Positions 1 through 10,783 of a DNA stretch of 64,000 bases are shown here, in pieces. This DNA comes from Candidatus Woesearchaeota archaeon (GTDB lineage Archaea; Nanobdellota; Nanobdellia; Woesearchaeales; 0-14-0-80-44-23). The stretch's first letter is position 1, and the number at the start of each line of letters is the position of its first letter. The notes beneath the pieces were generated by a model, which ran no database searches, was not told the origin of the DNA, and saw only the letters and a list, made by a program, of their open reading frames with translations. The position numbers and the translations under genes were made by a program. The stretch spans positions 1 to 64,000 of the forward strand of contig JAVZCZ010000001.1 in NCBI GenBank assembly GCA_038874135.1. Reading direction: 5' to 3'.

Positions 1-436
1 TTGAGAATCGAAAGGTACATCCCGCTCCTGAGATGTTGTTAGAGCCGTCAATGTTGAACATGTGCGGGTTTATGTGATGTACCCCTTCACTCTTGAAATG
101 TTCCACCTCGTGATGGTCCAGTATGAAAACCCTTCTACCCTTCAACGCTTCACTTATCTTAGAGAGCTGGCCCGAGCCTATGTCAGTAAAGATGAAGTTC
201 TTGTAGTCCTCGCGCGAGAGTGCAGCTATCTGCCTTTCGTCAAGCTGCTGCACTACCGATATTGCATACTTTCTATTAAGCCGGTTTAGTGCTTTCGTAA
301 TTATTGCTGCAGAAGCTATCCCGTCGCAGTCCAGATGGGATATTACCCTTATTGTTTCTGAATGTGGAATCTTCTTAAACTCAGCTGCGCACTCCTCTAC
401 ATGCCTAAGGAGCTCTTCAAAATCTTTATTCTCCAT
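1..436 (-). CDS. DHH-family phosphoesterase / RecJ-like nuclease (5' part; runs off window)
   Basis: Manual translation from ATG at 436: MENKDFEELL...IRVISHLDCDGIASAAII..., the RecJ/DHH motif I (HxDxDG). Lies directly downstream of rps15, a conserved archaeal context. Confidence 0.8.
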   Translation of the reverse strand, partial: MENKDFEELLRHVEECAAEFKKIPHSETIRVISHLDCDGIASAAIITKALNRLNRKYAISVVQQLDERQIAALSREDYKNFIFTDIGSGQLSKISEALKGRRVFILDHHEVEHFKSEGVHHINPHMFNIDGSNNISGAGCTFRFS

Positions 437-533
437 CTCTGTCACTTATGAGCTCCAGTTTGCAGATTAAAAAGCATTTCGGAAAGCAAAAATATATTTT
501 AAAAAAGTTATAAAAATCAAATTTAAAAGTTGC

Positions 534-989
534 TCACTCAAGATAGAAGCTTATCTTATCCGGCTCGTACTTCCAACTTGCAGGAATAACTCCTTCCCTC
601 TTGTAGTACTTCACAAGCCGCCTTATCTTTGACTCAGTCAGAATGAGCCCCCTCTTAGCTGTCTGATCCTTATGGTTTGACTCCAGATGCTTCCTTATGC
701 TCAACACCTTTCTGAAAAGTGCTGAGAGGTCCTCAGGCATCTTAGGATTCATCTTCTTCTCTTTTAGTATCTGCAGAATTGTCTTCCCGCACACCATCTT
801 CACGCTGGGAACTCCATAAGAATCCCTGAGCTTCATGCCTATCATTGAAGGGCTGTTGCCCTCCTTGGCAAGCTTCACAACTAGGGCTTCCACCTCAGCA
901 GCGTCCCTTCCAATCCAAGCCTTCTTAACTAGCTTTGCCGGCTTGTTGCTTCCGGCCTTTCCCTTACTTCTGGAATGCATTCTTGCCAT
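534..989 (-). CDS. rps15: 30S ribosomal protein uS15 (S15P/S13e)
   Basis: MARMHSRSKGKAGS...SMIGMKLRDSYGVP...KRGLILTESKIRRLVKYYK signature. Confidence 0.97.
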   Translation of the reverse strand: MARMHSRSKGKAGSNKPAKLVKKAWIGRDAAEVEALVVKLAKEGNSPSMIGMKLRDSYGVPSVKMVCGKTILQILKEKKMNPKMPEDLSALFRKVLSIRKHLESNHKDQTAKRGLILTESKIRRLVKYYKREGVIPASWKYEPDKISFYLE

Positions 990-1014
990 TTTTTCTCATA
1001 CCTCTTACACTCTT

Positions 1015-1080
1015 TAAACTTGGAGAATTAGGAAAAATTCTCCAGTGCAGACAAGCAGCGCCGGTCTGCCTCTTGATCTA
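1015..1080 (-). promoter_or_regulatory. Structured 5' leader of rps15 (candidate autoregulatory r-leader)
   Basis: TATA (TTTATAAA) at 1101-1108. Hairpins GCAGAC/GUCUGC (1047-1069) and UGGAGAAUU/AAUUCUCCA (1021-1044) lie between the predicted TSS and the ATG. Confidence 0.45.
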
Positions 1081-1144
1081 CGCTTGGAATTTTCTTCCAA
1101 TTTATAAATCTTTTTAAAGTTAATGGGAAGAAAGAGTTGAAATT

Positions 1145-1453
1145 TTAGATGAGCTCAACCTTCTTTGCTCTCCTTCCATACCTCTGAACAGTACTCTTCT
1201 TGCACACTGTGCACTCGTATCTCAAATCTGTTTTCTTAGTCTGCTTTTTTCCAGTCATTCGCCAAGAGGTTATTGCAGGCTTGGAATACCTTCCGTGACC
1301 GCCCTGGCCGCGCGCCCTGCCCCTCTTCTTAGCCCTATACTTTGAGCCGTATGTTAGGGCACTTGGCTGTTTCTTCTTTGACTGATAAACCCTGTGCGGA
1401 GTGTGCTTCTTGCAGTTCGGGCAATACCTGTTGATTGTCTTTGGAATTTTCAT
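1145..1453 (-). CDS. rpl44e: 50S ribosomal protein eL42 (L44e)
   Basis: MKIPKTINRYCPNCKKHTPH...KKTDLRYECTVCKK zinc-ribbon signature. Confidence 0.95.
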   Translation of the reverse strand: MKIPKTINRYCPNCKKHTPHRVYQSKKKQPSALTYGSKYRAKKRGRARGQGGHGRYSKPAITSWRMTGKKQTKKTDLRYECTVCKKSTVQRYGRRAKKVELI

Positions 1454-1540
1454 AGTATGCGGGATTAAGCCGGTTATTTAAAAACTTTTCTATAAGCAAA
1501 TATGAAGAGAAATTACTAGGATGACTCTCTTAAAATCTCA

Positions 1541-2293
1541 TTATCCGACATAATTCATTCTCTTCCTGTCCTGTTCCTCTTCAAAGCTTCTACTTCTTTC
1601 TTCCAGCTGTCTGAGCTTTGCCTCAAACTTTTTAGCATTCTCGTAAAGCGGTGTGTAATCCACTTTGAGGTTGAAAATCCTGTCCAGCGCTTTTATCAGC
1701 TCGGCAGCGCTTCTACTGTCAGGCATATCTGAGTGGGTCTCAGCAAAGATGCAGCTGGAGTTTTCAAATTGCGAAATTATCATTGCCGGCGCGCCTATCA
1801 CTATGCCTTCAACTAGCTTCTTGAGTCCGATTTGCTTGTACTTTTCACCGAGCTTTTCCTTCCTTGAGAAGTAATATATCTCAGAGCTTCCTGTTGGAGA
1901 ATTAACTCCGTCAAGCACTAAGACCTCTTTTGGTGAAACTGCTTCTTCCAGCTCTCTAAAATCAGCAGAAAGCTCTGAAAAGTTCTTTGTGAGCTTATTA
2001 ACGCTTCTTATGAGCAGAAGGTTGTGCTCCCTGCTGTAGTGTATTGAAATCGGCTCTACAAGGTTCCCCTCATGAATTGCCACCACGGGGATTTCATTCC
2101 TGCTTACAATCTTACCTATCTGCTCTGTTTTCAGATGTTCTATCAAGAACTCCACTGCAATCGTGCCGACAAGCCCAAATCCCGGAAATGCTGTTATCAG
2201 AAGAGGACTCTTAGGCTTCTTGTTCAGGACTAACATATCCACGTGCAAGCCCTTCCCCTTTAAATAATTTGTTTTAAAATTTTTAAGTGACAA
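1541..2293 (-). CDS. PAC2-family proteasome assembly chaperone (true start probably ~2236-2242)
   Basis: FPGFGLVGTIAVEFLIEHL and PDSRSAAELI motifs; C-terminal ...NYVG. Confidence 0.85.
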   Translation of the reverse strand: MSLKNFKTNYLKGKGLHVDMLVLNKKPKSPLLITAFPGFGLVGTIAVEFLIEHLKTEQIGKIVSRNEIPVVAIHEGNLVEPISIHYSREHNLLLIRSVNKLTKNFSELSADFRELEEAVSPKEVLVLDGVNSPTGSSEIYYFSRKEKLGEKYKQIGLKKLVEGIVIGAPAMIISQFENSSCIFAETHSDMPDSRSAAELIKALDRIFNLKVDYTPLYENAKKFEAKLRQLEERSRSFEEEQDRKRMNYVG

Positions 2294-2349
2294 AAATTGA
2301 AAATAAAAAAAGAAAATCTTTATAAATAGGTGTTTTATCCCTGTCGCAT

Positions 2350-3132
2350 ATGGCTAAGGCAAGGAAGATTGAAGATTCAGCAAAGGCTAAGAAGAAGTGG
2401 TTTGACATAATCTCACCAAAAGAGTTCGGCGAGTCTGTTGTTGGAGAGACCCCCGCGTATGCTCCTGACGAGGTTGTAGGCAGGGTTGTAAACATAAACC
2501 TGATGAACCTCACGGGCAACATAAGAAAGCAGAACATAAATGTCAAGCTCAGAATCACTGGCATAAAGGAGAACAAGCACGCTGTCACCGAACTTATAGA
2601 ATACGAGCTAATGCCGGCATTCATAAAGAGGATGGTGAGGCGTGGCAGGAACAAGATAGATGACTCCTTTGTTGTAAAAACCTCAGATGAAAAGTTTGTC
2701 AGGATAAAGCCGATGATAATAACAGCGTATTCTACAACCAAGACGAGAACAACCAGGATAATAAAACTTACTAGATACTTCTGCGCAAAGAGCGCTTCAG
2801 AAAAGGATTACTCAGCATTCACCTCAGACATAATTTCTGGAAAGCTCCAACAGGACCTTCACAACTTCCTCAAAAAAGAATACCCATTAAAGAATGTTGA
2901 GATAAGAAAGTTCAAGCTGCTCACACAGAAGCCAGTTAGGGTAGAAAAGCCGGTGCTCAAGGAACTTCCAGTAGAGACAAGCGAGGACGACTCAGAAGTT
3001 GAAGAACAGAGAATAATTGAGAGTGTGAAGAAGAAGCAGGAAGACGCAAAGTGGGCTGAGCAGCTGGACCAGCTGGAAGTGCCTCCCGAAGCTGAAATGC
3101 CGGAGCAGAAGCACAGGAACAGTAAGAGGTGA
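2350..3132 (+). CDS. rps3ae: 30S ribosomal protein eS1 (S3Ae) with acidic C-terminal extension
   Basis: KKKWFDIISPKEFG...KRMVRRGRNKIDD...YPLKNVEIRK; TATA at ~2319-2326 (leaderless). Confidence 0.93.
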   Translation: MAKARKIEDSAKAKKKWFDIISPKEFGESVVGETPAYAPDEVVGRVVNINLMNLTGNIRKQNINVKLRITGIKENKHAVTELIEYELMPAFIKRMVRRGRNKIDDSFVVKTSDEKFVRIKPMIITAYSTTKTRTTRIIKLTRYFCAKSASEKDYSAFTSDIISGKLQQDLHNFLKKEYPLKNVEIRKFKLLTQKPVRVEKPVLKELPVETSEDDSEVEEQRIIESVKKKQEDAKWAEQLDQLEVPPEAEMPEQKHRNSKR

Positions 3133-3138
3133 TTTCTC

Positions 3139-3327
3139 ATGTCTTTTAAGCCGGTAATTGACTATAAGAAGTGTAAGAACTCAAAAAACTGCGTAGCAGT
3201 GTGCCCAATGAATGTCTATGCAGTTGAAAAGGGAAAAGTAGTTGTAAAAAACCCCTCAGCATGCATAGGGTGCAGAGCGTGCGAGGTCCAGTGCCCAAAT
3301 AATGCAATAACAATAAAAGAACAATAA
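3139..3327 (+). CDS. 4Fe-4S dicluster ferredoxin
   Basis: CKNSKNCVAVCP and CIGCRACEVQCP motifs; AGGTGA SD. Confidence 0.9.
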   Translation: MSFKPVIDYKKCKNSKNCVAVCPMNVYAVEKGKVVVKNPSACIGCRACEVQCPNNAITIKEQ

Positions 3328-4422
<1,095 letters not shown>

Positions 4423-4427
4423 ACGGT

Positions 4428-4904
4428 TCACTCCGCACAGGCAGAGTCGGGAAGCCACGCGTATCCGCACACGAAATCGGGCTCTACACACTGCATCTTA
4501 TCCTTACTAATGCCGGAAGTTGTCATACAGCACCTAGTACCCTGAGGGCAATTACAATTCGGCTTAGTCATAATTATAAGATCATCACAAACCCCGTCGT
4601 AGCCCTTGTCATAAAGCCTCTTGTCAGTGGTATTATAATTCTTGCAGTAGAGCGCGCAGTCGCCAACTGTTTTTATATCTGCATAGCCATTTATGCCCTT
4701 CCTCTTATCAACCCTAACCCAAGAGCCAGTGTCGCACCTCTTGCAGTAGCAGTATTTAGAAGAGCAGGGCTCCTTTGAGTTAATGTTCTCAGGAGAATAG
4801 GCATCGTTTCCCTCATACTTACTCGTGCATCCCGAACTTAGAATAGTCAGAGTAACAAATATTAGCAATATAGCCAAAACTGCAAAAACCTTAAAGCCCT
4901 TCAT
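4428..4904 (-). CDS. Cys-rich putative lipoprotein (ORF track starts at 4928)
   Basis: Signal peptide MKGFKVFAVLAILL...ILSSGC (lipobox-like); many Cys; abuts the upstream giant gene. Confidence 0.7.
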   Translation of the reverse strand: MKGFKVFAVLAILLIFVTLTILSSGCTSKYEGNDAYSPENINSKEPCSSKYCYCKRCDTGSWVRVDKRKGINGYADIKTVGDCALYCKNYNTTDKRLYDKGYDGVCDDLIIMTKPNCNCPQGTRCCMTTSGISKDKMQCVEPDFVCGYAWLPDSACAE

Positions 4905-4912
4905 AACAACAC

Positions 4913-7900
4913 TCACCCGCTCGGACATATGTTTGAAACCTCCTCCTTAAGATTCAGATCCTTATCATACTTCAAAATCCTGTTATCATCATAGTCGGTA
5001 ACATAGACATACTTCTCATTAACAGCTATACCAACAGGCCTGCCCTGAACAGTAGCATCTTTCACAAATGCCCCATCCTTTTTTATCTTGTATACTTTCC
5101 CATTTCCTAAAGCCGCGTCAGTAACATAAATGTAATCCTTATCAGCTGCAATTCCAACAATAAGTTTGCTGCCTTGAATTGTGAATTCTGATACTTTATT
5201 TAGCGTATTATCATTTTTTAAAACTATAATCTTGTTTTCTTCGCTGTCAACAACATAAACATAATTCTCATCTGCGAAAACTCCCGTAGGCTCTTGGAAA
5301 CCTTCAACCCTTTTCACATACTTAAAAAATCCGTAGCCCCTCTCATAAACATACAAGCCGGGGCTCTTGCTATCCGTAGATGTTATGAATATCCTATAAA
5401 GGTCGGGACTCCCGCTCTTAGCAATTCCAACTGGGCTGCTAATCTGACTTATTGAAGGGTATAATGAATTACAGAGCAGGTCACTTTCATAATATCTGTA
5501 TAAGTACCCTCCCTTTGCAGGTAGGATATAAACATTAGTTACAAGTTCAGTTCCCTTCGGGCACAACTTCTCCTTAAGCCCTATCAGCGAGATTGGACTA
5601 TCAAGGCATAGTCCTGGGCACTGGTGTCTGCTACACCTTACCTCATCTACAATTACAATTTTTTCTTCTCCTCCTTCATTCTTGTAATAGTTCTTACGGC
5701 TCTTCTTTAATGTTTCATTATCTAATATGAGTATTCTATTGTTGAAAGTGTCAGCCAATATCACTTTTCCTTCAAAAGTTGTTATTCCCAAGGGATGGTT
5801 CAGAGAGCACTCGTAGTTGTTCTTTTCAGCGTTTTTAGCCACGCAGGCTCCGATCCCGCCTACTTCCTTATAGTAATAGTCAGCCCTGCATTGGCACCTC
5901 GCCTTACCGTCCGGAGCAAGTGTGCAAACCAGCCCGAAGTTGTAATTGCACTTATCTTCTGCCTTGGCACTTACGCTCTGGGAGCATTCCTCACCATAGC
6001 CGCGCATTGCATTCTTGTTTATTTCTTGCTTCTCTTCGCAACTGAGCTTGTCGCTATTCCATTTGCAAGAATCATACTGCTCGCACTTTTCTTTCAACCT
6101 CTTAGCCAGCTCTTCCTTATTCTTGTAATCATCGTTAACCTTCTGGCACACATCTTTGTTGAGCGGGTAGCAAAAATTGTTGTAACTATCCCAATCACAA
6201 CCATCTTTACTTTTACATTCGTTAATATACATATCTTTAATATTATCTGCATCCCCGACCTGCCAGCAGCTTGAATATGGAAAGGCTTCAGCAGGGAGCT
6301 TTACAGAGAGCTTCTTAAGATACTCTCCAAGGAAGATATATACATCCTGTCCAAAATTTGTAATCTTATAAGCTGTATTGTCCAGCGCGACCTCCTTATA
6401 ATCACTATTGTCTCCCCAGATGTCGCCGTCCAGCTCCGCCTTAACTATCCTGCCATTTTTCAGCGTGAGGCGAGCCCTCTTGCCACTTCTCAGAGTCAGA
6501 TAAACCGTAGTTGTGCCGTCCTCATTCGGAGTTATGCTCTGAATAGGAGCAGTACTTGCTTGGCATTCCTTCTGACAAACATAGTCCGGCTGAGTGCCGT
6601 AGTATCCCTGCTGCTTATAATAAACAAGGCTGTGCACTGCACAGCAGCTCAGCCCATCATTACAGCCGTATGGGCAGCATGCTTCATTCTCATTCCCACA
6701 GCTAGTTGTTCCCTCAACACGCTCGGGCTTGCAGCAGACCAGGTCGCAGTTAATCTTCCCTGTTGAGTCCAAGCAGTTAACTCCCAAATCATAGAGCCCC
6801 TGCTCAGCAGTGCAGGAACCGCCTTTAAGGACACTTCTATTAATACACACTCCTCCTTTAGAAGTGCATTCGCTGTTAAGGTCTGCCCTCTTGCACATAT
6901 CATCCTCAACTAAGGTGCAGCTCTTTTCAATAGGAGCATTCCACCAGTTATACCTATCCGAACCAAAAACATAGCCGTTCATCTCGCACCTGCACCTCTT
7001 CCCGTTAATGCACAAGCCGCACTCTGCAATTGTGCAGCCGGGCATGCCATTCTCAAAAGAGCGCCTGCAGTCTGCAAAATAAAATTCCTGATCCGAAGTT
7101 ATCTCTCCCTTTTCTTTAGATGCAGTGTAGGGCCACCACTTGGGCTCTTTAAGAGCATTCTGGCAGCCTTCATCTCGGCAGTCAATCTTTCCGTCGCAAT
7201 CGTCATCAATGCCGTTGCTGCAAAGTTTGTCTTCCTCTTTTATGTTAGGGTTGCAGGGTCCCATGGGCTTGCATTCTGAGCCTTCTGTGAGTTGTGCCGT
7301 CTGGTATATGCACTTCTTGGTTGTCTGGTCGTTCTCAGTTACTTCTTGACAGCGAGGCATAAAAAAGCAGGATTCCCTATCATCATTCTCATTAACCTTG
7401 GCAGTGTAGTATTGGCAGCAGTCATTATCTGAGTTGCACTCGCTTCCGTTACTCTTGCATTCAGCAACATAGAACTCGCTGCTCTCAACTTTAAAGATTA
7501 CATTTCCTTCTTTGTGCTCTGCAACGAGTTTTAACTTATCTTTTTCTGTGCTCTCAATAACAAGCTTTACTTCTTTTTTTTCTGCGCCTACGCCGGTTTG
7601 CTCAGCAGGTGTTAAGAGTTTCAAATTGGCGTCTGGCGCTGAAAATGTGAAGACCATTCCGCCCATGTCATATTTTGGGGTTATGATTGCTGTAAATGGC
7701 ACGCCGAGCTGGACAAATTCTTCTCCTTTCTCGTTTTTATAATTGCTCCCCACAGTTAAGCTGAGTTCCGGATTAACCTTCACATCAATTCTGCCCGAAT
7801 ATTCTCTGCCATTTATTCTTATTTTTGGCTCTACATAATATTTGCCTTCATTATCAACCTGAACGTCTCCTATTTTAAATTCGCACGCCTTATAGGTGAT

Positions 7901-8653
7901 TTTTTTATCACCATCTGAGAAGGCTGCATACATTTTATCAGTTTGGTGCGTCGTAAATTTAACTCCTTCGCTATCTTTATTACAGTAAAACTCGCCTTCA
8001 GTATTTTCATTAATGTTTTTTAAACTGATTATTGTTGTAATCTTTGAGTTTACAGCGTCTGCATTGTGAAATTCTATCTCAGGATCAGCTATAAATGTGA
8101 CATCAGGATTCTCTTTTACGCATTTGTTATTAGAGCAGATGAGCCCTGAGCAGCATCTCACCTGCTCATCGCAGTAGTTGAGATCATCTTCAGTGTGGGG
8201 ATTGCAGCACCTCGCTGCTTTCCCTCCAATCGTGTCTACGGTGTCTACGACTTCGCACTTTCCTTTTATTGTCGTACCATCTTTAACGGTATATGTGCAA
8301 CTTAATCCTCGTGCTGGTTTTCCATCCAACGTTACATCGTCTGTTGGGTATAGTCCTTTTGTAGCGCTGTACTGCTCGCACTTAAGCGTTGTTTTGTTAC
8401 AAACATATTCTACAACATGCGTGCCATCATCAGAGCAAGTGTCTGACATTTTTCCATCAGAACCAAAGCATATCCCCGCCACGAACCTCAAAGGGTATAC
8501 CGCAGCATTATTAGCATTATCTGCACTATTAACTTCTAAGCCCTCATTATTTTTTTTGCAATATCCTTCGCTGCTGATAACTGATTTTGCAAATAATGGT
8601 ATTAGTGCCGTAAGGATTAGTATTCCGAGCAATAGGTATCTTGCCTTTCTCAC
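4913..8653 (-). CDS. Giant secreted Cys-rich mosaic protein with C-terminal NHL/beta-propeller (putative adhesin)
   Basis: N-terminal signal peptide; knottin-like motifs; CSNGIDDDCDGKIDC motif; repeated PxGIA...YVYVxD...NRI blades; GTG start with AGGTGA SD. Confidence 0.8.
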   Translation of the reverse strand: MRKARYLLLGILILTALIPLFAKSVISSEGYCKKNNEGLEVNSADNANNAAVYPLRFVAGICFGSDGKMSDTCSDDGTHVVEYVCNKTTLKCEQYSATKGLYPTDDVTLDGKPARGLSCTYTVKDGTTIKGKCEVVDTVDTIGGKAARCCNPHTEDDLNYCDEQVRCCSGLICSNNKCVKENPDVTFIADPEIEFHNADAVNSKITTIISLKNINENTEGEFYCNKDSEGVKFTTHQTDKMYAAFSDGDKKITYKACEFKIGDVQVDNEGKYYVEPKIRINGREYSGRIDVKVNPELSLTVGSNYKNEKGEEFVQLGVPFTAIITPKYDMGGMVFTFSAPDANLKLLTPAEQTGVGAEKKEVKLVIESTEKDKLKLVAEHKEGNVIFKVESSEFYVAECKSNGSECNSDNDCCQYYTAKVNENDDRESCFFMPRCQEVTENDQTTKKCIYQTAQLTEGSECKPMGPCNPNIKEEDKLCSNGIDDDCDGKIDCRDEGCQNALKEPKWWPYTASKEKGEITSDQEFYFADCRRSFENGMPGCTIAECGLCINGKRCRCEMNGYVFGSDRYNWWNAPIEKSCTLVEDDMCKRADLNSECTSKGGVCINRSVLKGGSCTAEQGLYDLGVNCLDSTGKINCDLVCCKPERVEGTTSCGNENEACCPYGCNDGLSCCAVHSLVYYKQQGYYGTQPDYVCQKECQASTAPIQSITPNEDGTTTVYLTLRSGKRARLTLKNGRIVKAELDGDIWGDNSDYKEVALDNTAYKITNFGQDVYIFLGEYLKKLSVKLPAEAFPYSSCWQVGDADNIKDMYINECKSKDGCDWDSYNNFCYPLNKDVCQKVNDDYKNKEELAKRLKEKCEQYDSCKWNSDKLSCEEKQEINKNAMRGYGEECSQSVSAKAEDKCNYNFGLVCTLAPDGKARCQCRADYYYKEVGGIGACVAKNAEKNNYECSLNHPLGITTFEGKVILADTFNNRILILDNETLKKSRKNYYKNEGGEEKIVIVDEVRCSRHQCPGLCLDSPISLIGLKEKLCPKGTELVTNVYILPAKGGYLYRYYESDLLCNSLYPSISQISSPVGIAKSGSPDLYRIFITSTDSKSPGLYVYERGYGFFKYVKRVEGFQEPTGVFADENYVYVVDSEENKIIVLKNDNTLNKVSEFTIQGSKLIVGIAADKDYIYVTDAALGNGKVYKIKKDGAFVKDATVQGRPVGIAVNEKYVYVTDYDDNRILKYDKDLNLKEEVSNICPSG

Positions 8654-9555
8654 TACTCAATCACCTTTCTATGCTTTGTTGCGAATATGAACCAGTATTC
8701 GGGCTTGGCTTCCTTATCCTTTATTATCCAGAGCGTGCTCAGGTGGTCTGGTAGGAAGGAATAGCTGACTTCCATTTTTGAGGCTTCGCTTTCTGTTTTT
8801 ATTGCGAATGGGAGCATGTCTGCTTTTGGTATGCTCGTGGTTGGGATGTAAAATACGAAGTTTATTGAGAATTTTGGGCTGTTGTAGAGGTCTTTGCTTA
8901 TCTCTCCTATTAGTGCCGAGTCGCCTTCCATGTCGCTCAGCTGGACTGCGTTTATTATCTCTTCAGCTCTAATCCTCGCCTGTTTTAGCCTTGCATTGAC
9001 TACTGATTTGTAGTTTGGCTGTAGCTGTATCTCCTTTCCCTCTTTTTCAATTGTTATCGGAAAGTTAAGGTTTATCACAACATTTTTTTCTCCCAGCACT
9101 GCTTCTGCTTTGGGGATTTCTGTTCTTATTGAGTAGCCCATCTGTTTGAATTGGGCAAGGTTTACGCATTCAAGAATCTTGTTGGAAGTGTATGCTGATA
9201 TTTGATATTCCATCTCGTCAGTTGTGGGCAGGTAGCTCATCTTAGGCGGAAAATCTATGAAGCTTTGATATTCATAATCGTATGTTACCGTTCCTATTTC
9301 TGTTTCTATGGAGTTGAGAGGGCTGGGATATATGTATCCGCCGTATCTTCCCAGGAGCCAGACTGCATTTCTCGCTGTTAGGTCCAGGCAGCTCTGCACA
9401 TGTTTCTGGATTGATTCCGCTTCTCCCCCGCCGGATATTGTGTTGTTATTATTTGCTCTGAGCTTCTGAGCCATAAGAAATATTACTCCAAACAGTCCCA
9501 GTAGTATTATAAGTGCGAGTATGAATACTGCCAGCTGTGCGCGCCTGCTTTTCAT
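8653..9555 (-). CDS. Class III (type IV prepilin-like) signal peptide protein
   Basis: MKSRRA|QLAVFILALIILL: basic residues, A|Q cleavage site, hydrophobic stretch; VQSCL...GRYGGY motif typical of DPANN pilin-like proteins. Confidence 0.7.
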   Translation of the reverse strand: MKSRRAQLAVFILALIILLGLFGVIFLMAQKLRANNNNTISGGGEAESIQKHVQSCLDLTARNAVWLLGRYGGYIYPSPLNSIETEIGTVTYDYEYQSFIDFPPKMSYLPTTDEMEYQISAYTSNKILECVNLAQFKQMGYSIRTEIPKAEAVLGEKNVVINLNFPITIEKEGKEIQLQPNYKSVVNARLKQARIRAEEIINAVQLSDMEGDSALIGEISKDLYNSPKFSINFVFYIPTTSIPKADMLPFAIKTESEASKMEVSYSFLPDHLSTLWIIKDKEAKPEYWFIFATKHRKVIE

Positions 9556-9560
9556 CTTTG

Positions 9561-10322
9561 TTATTCCTTGCTTATCTCTTTTAATACTTTTTGGTTTTCC
9601 AGATTAAGCCCGTGCTTTCTGAAGAATCTTGTTATGTTATTTATGTCCCTTTCTAAGTATTGTTGGAAGTTCGGATTTTCCCTCGTTGTGGCTTGGCTGA
9701 AGTCTATGAAGACGGGCTTTTCATTCCAGTTGAGTATGTTGTATTCAGAGAGGTCCGTGTGTACGAATCCTCCGGAGTAGAGCTTTCTCATATACTCAAT
9801 TACGATTTCTGCGAATTCTTGAATGTTTTCAGGTATTCTGTCTTTTAGTTTTGGAGCCGGCTGATCGTTGTCTCCTATAAATTCTGTGACTAGAACATTG
9901 TTTAGGAATCCTATGGGGCTGGGAACCCTTACTCCCAGCTCTCTAGCTTTCAGCAGGTTTCTATATTCGCGCTGGCACCAGGCGAAAACTACTAGGCGGC
10001 GCCTCTTTTTAAGTCCGGAATACCTCGGGTCTGCTCTTATGTAATCGTACATCCTGTTGAAGTCGCAGGTCTCAAGGCGGTATATTTTTACTGCTACAAC
10101 GCCTTCTCCCCTCTTTGCTGAGAATACATTAGCTTCCTTGCCTATTGAGATTGGACTTTTCAGAAATTCCAGGCAGCCCTTGTCTGTGAGTTTTTCTATT
10201 GTTGTGAGTGTGAAGTTATCAAATACATCCCCCCACACCTTGAACTTTTCCCTGGGCTTCGCCATCTTTTCCCTGTTCTTTAAACTTTTTTTGGAAGGTT
10301 TAATAAGTTTTTCCAAATGCAA
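9561..10322 (-). CDS. rio1: Serine/threonine kinase RIO1 (likely start MAKPREK at 10265)
   Basis: ISIGKEANVF, VAVKIYR, WCQREYRNL, VHTDLSEYNIL, FIDFSQA. Confidence 0.93.
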   Translation of the reverse strand: MHLEKLIKPSKKSLKNREKMAKPREKFKVWGDVFDNFTLTTIEKLTDKGCLEFLKSPISIGKEANVFSAKRGEGVVAVKIYRLETCDFNRMYDYIRADPRYSGLKKRRRLVVFAWCQREYRNLLKARELGVRVPSPIGFLNNVLVTEFIGDNDQPAPKLKDRIPENIQEFAEIVIEYMRKLYSGGFVHTDLSEYNILNWNEKPVFIDFSQATTRENPNFQQYLERDINNITRFFRKHGLNLENQKVLKEISKE

Positions 10323-10379
10323 AACTATTTTTTAATATAACTTTTTAAAAATATCTTTTACAAAAACAAAGATTTAAAT

Positions 10380-10395
10380 ATTAGTTAAAACTAAT
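10380..10395. promoter_or_regulatory. Inverted repeat adjoining the TATA box of the wHTH gene (possible operator)
   Basis: ATTAGTT-AA-AACTAAT immediately after TTTAAATA (10373-10380). Confidence 0.3.
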
Positions 10396-10436
10396 TTTTT
10401 TATTAGAAATTTTTTCCGACGAGATTTTGGTTTTGG

Positions 10437-10718
10437 GTGGGTGGAATGGCTGATTCAAAGAAAATATTCAATGTATTGTTCCGCGAGAAACCTGCTATGA
10501 TGCTTGTGAACCTCAAGAATGCCAAGTCAGATATTTACGCTTCTTCACTGGCAAAGACCGTTGATTGCACATACTCTCATGTTGTTAAGATACTTCAAGA
10601 GATGCAGAAGGCAGGCTTGATAAGCTTTGAGAAGCAGGGCCGTTTGAAGCTTCTAACCCTGACCCAGAAGGGCAGGGAGGTTGCTGAAGCGATTGATAAG
10701 ATAAATACGATTCTGTGA
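10437..10718 (+). CDS. Winged-helix (MarR-like) DNA-binding protein
   Basis: YASSLAKTVDCTYSHVVKILQEMQKAGLI...GRLKLLTLTQKG wHTH pattern. Confidence 0.85.
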   Translation: MGGMADSKKIFNVLFREKPAMMLVNLKNAKSDIYASSLAKTVDCTYSHVVKILQEMQKAGLISFEKQGRLKLLTLTQKGREVAEAIDKINTIL

Positions 10719-10783
10719 AGAGTTTCTAACTATTTGTAAGTTTCTAACTTATTCTTAAAGAATTCTGCTCTCTCTAATTAAGC

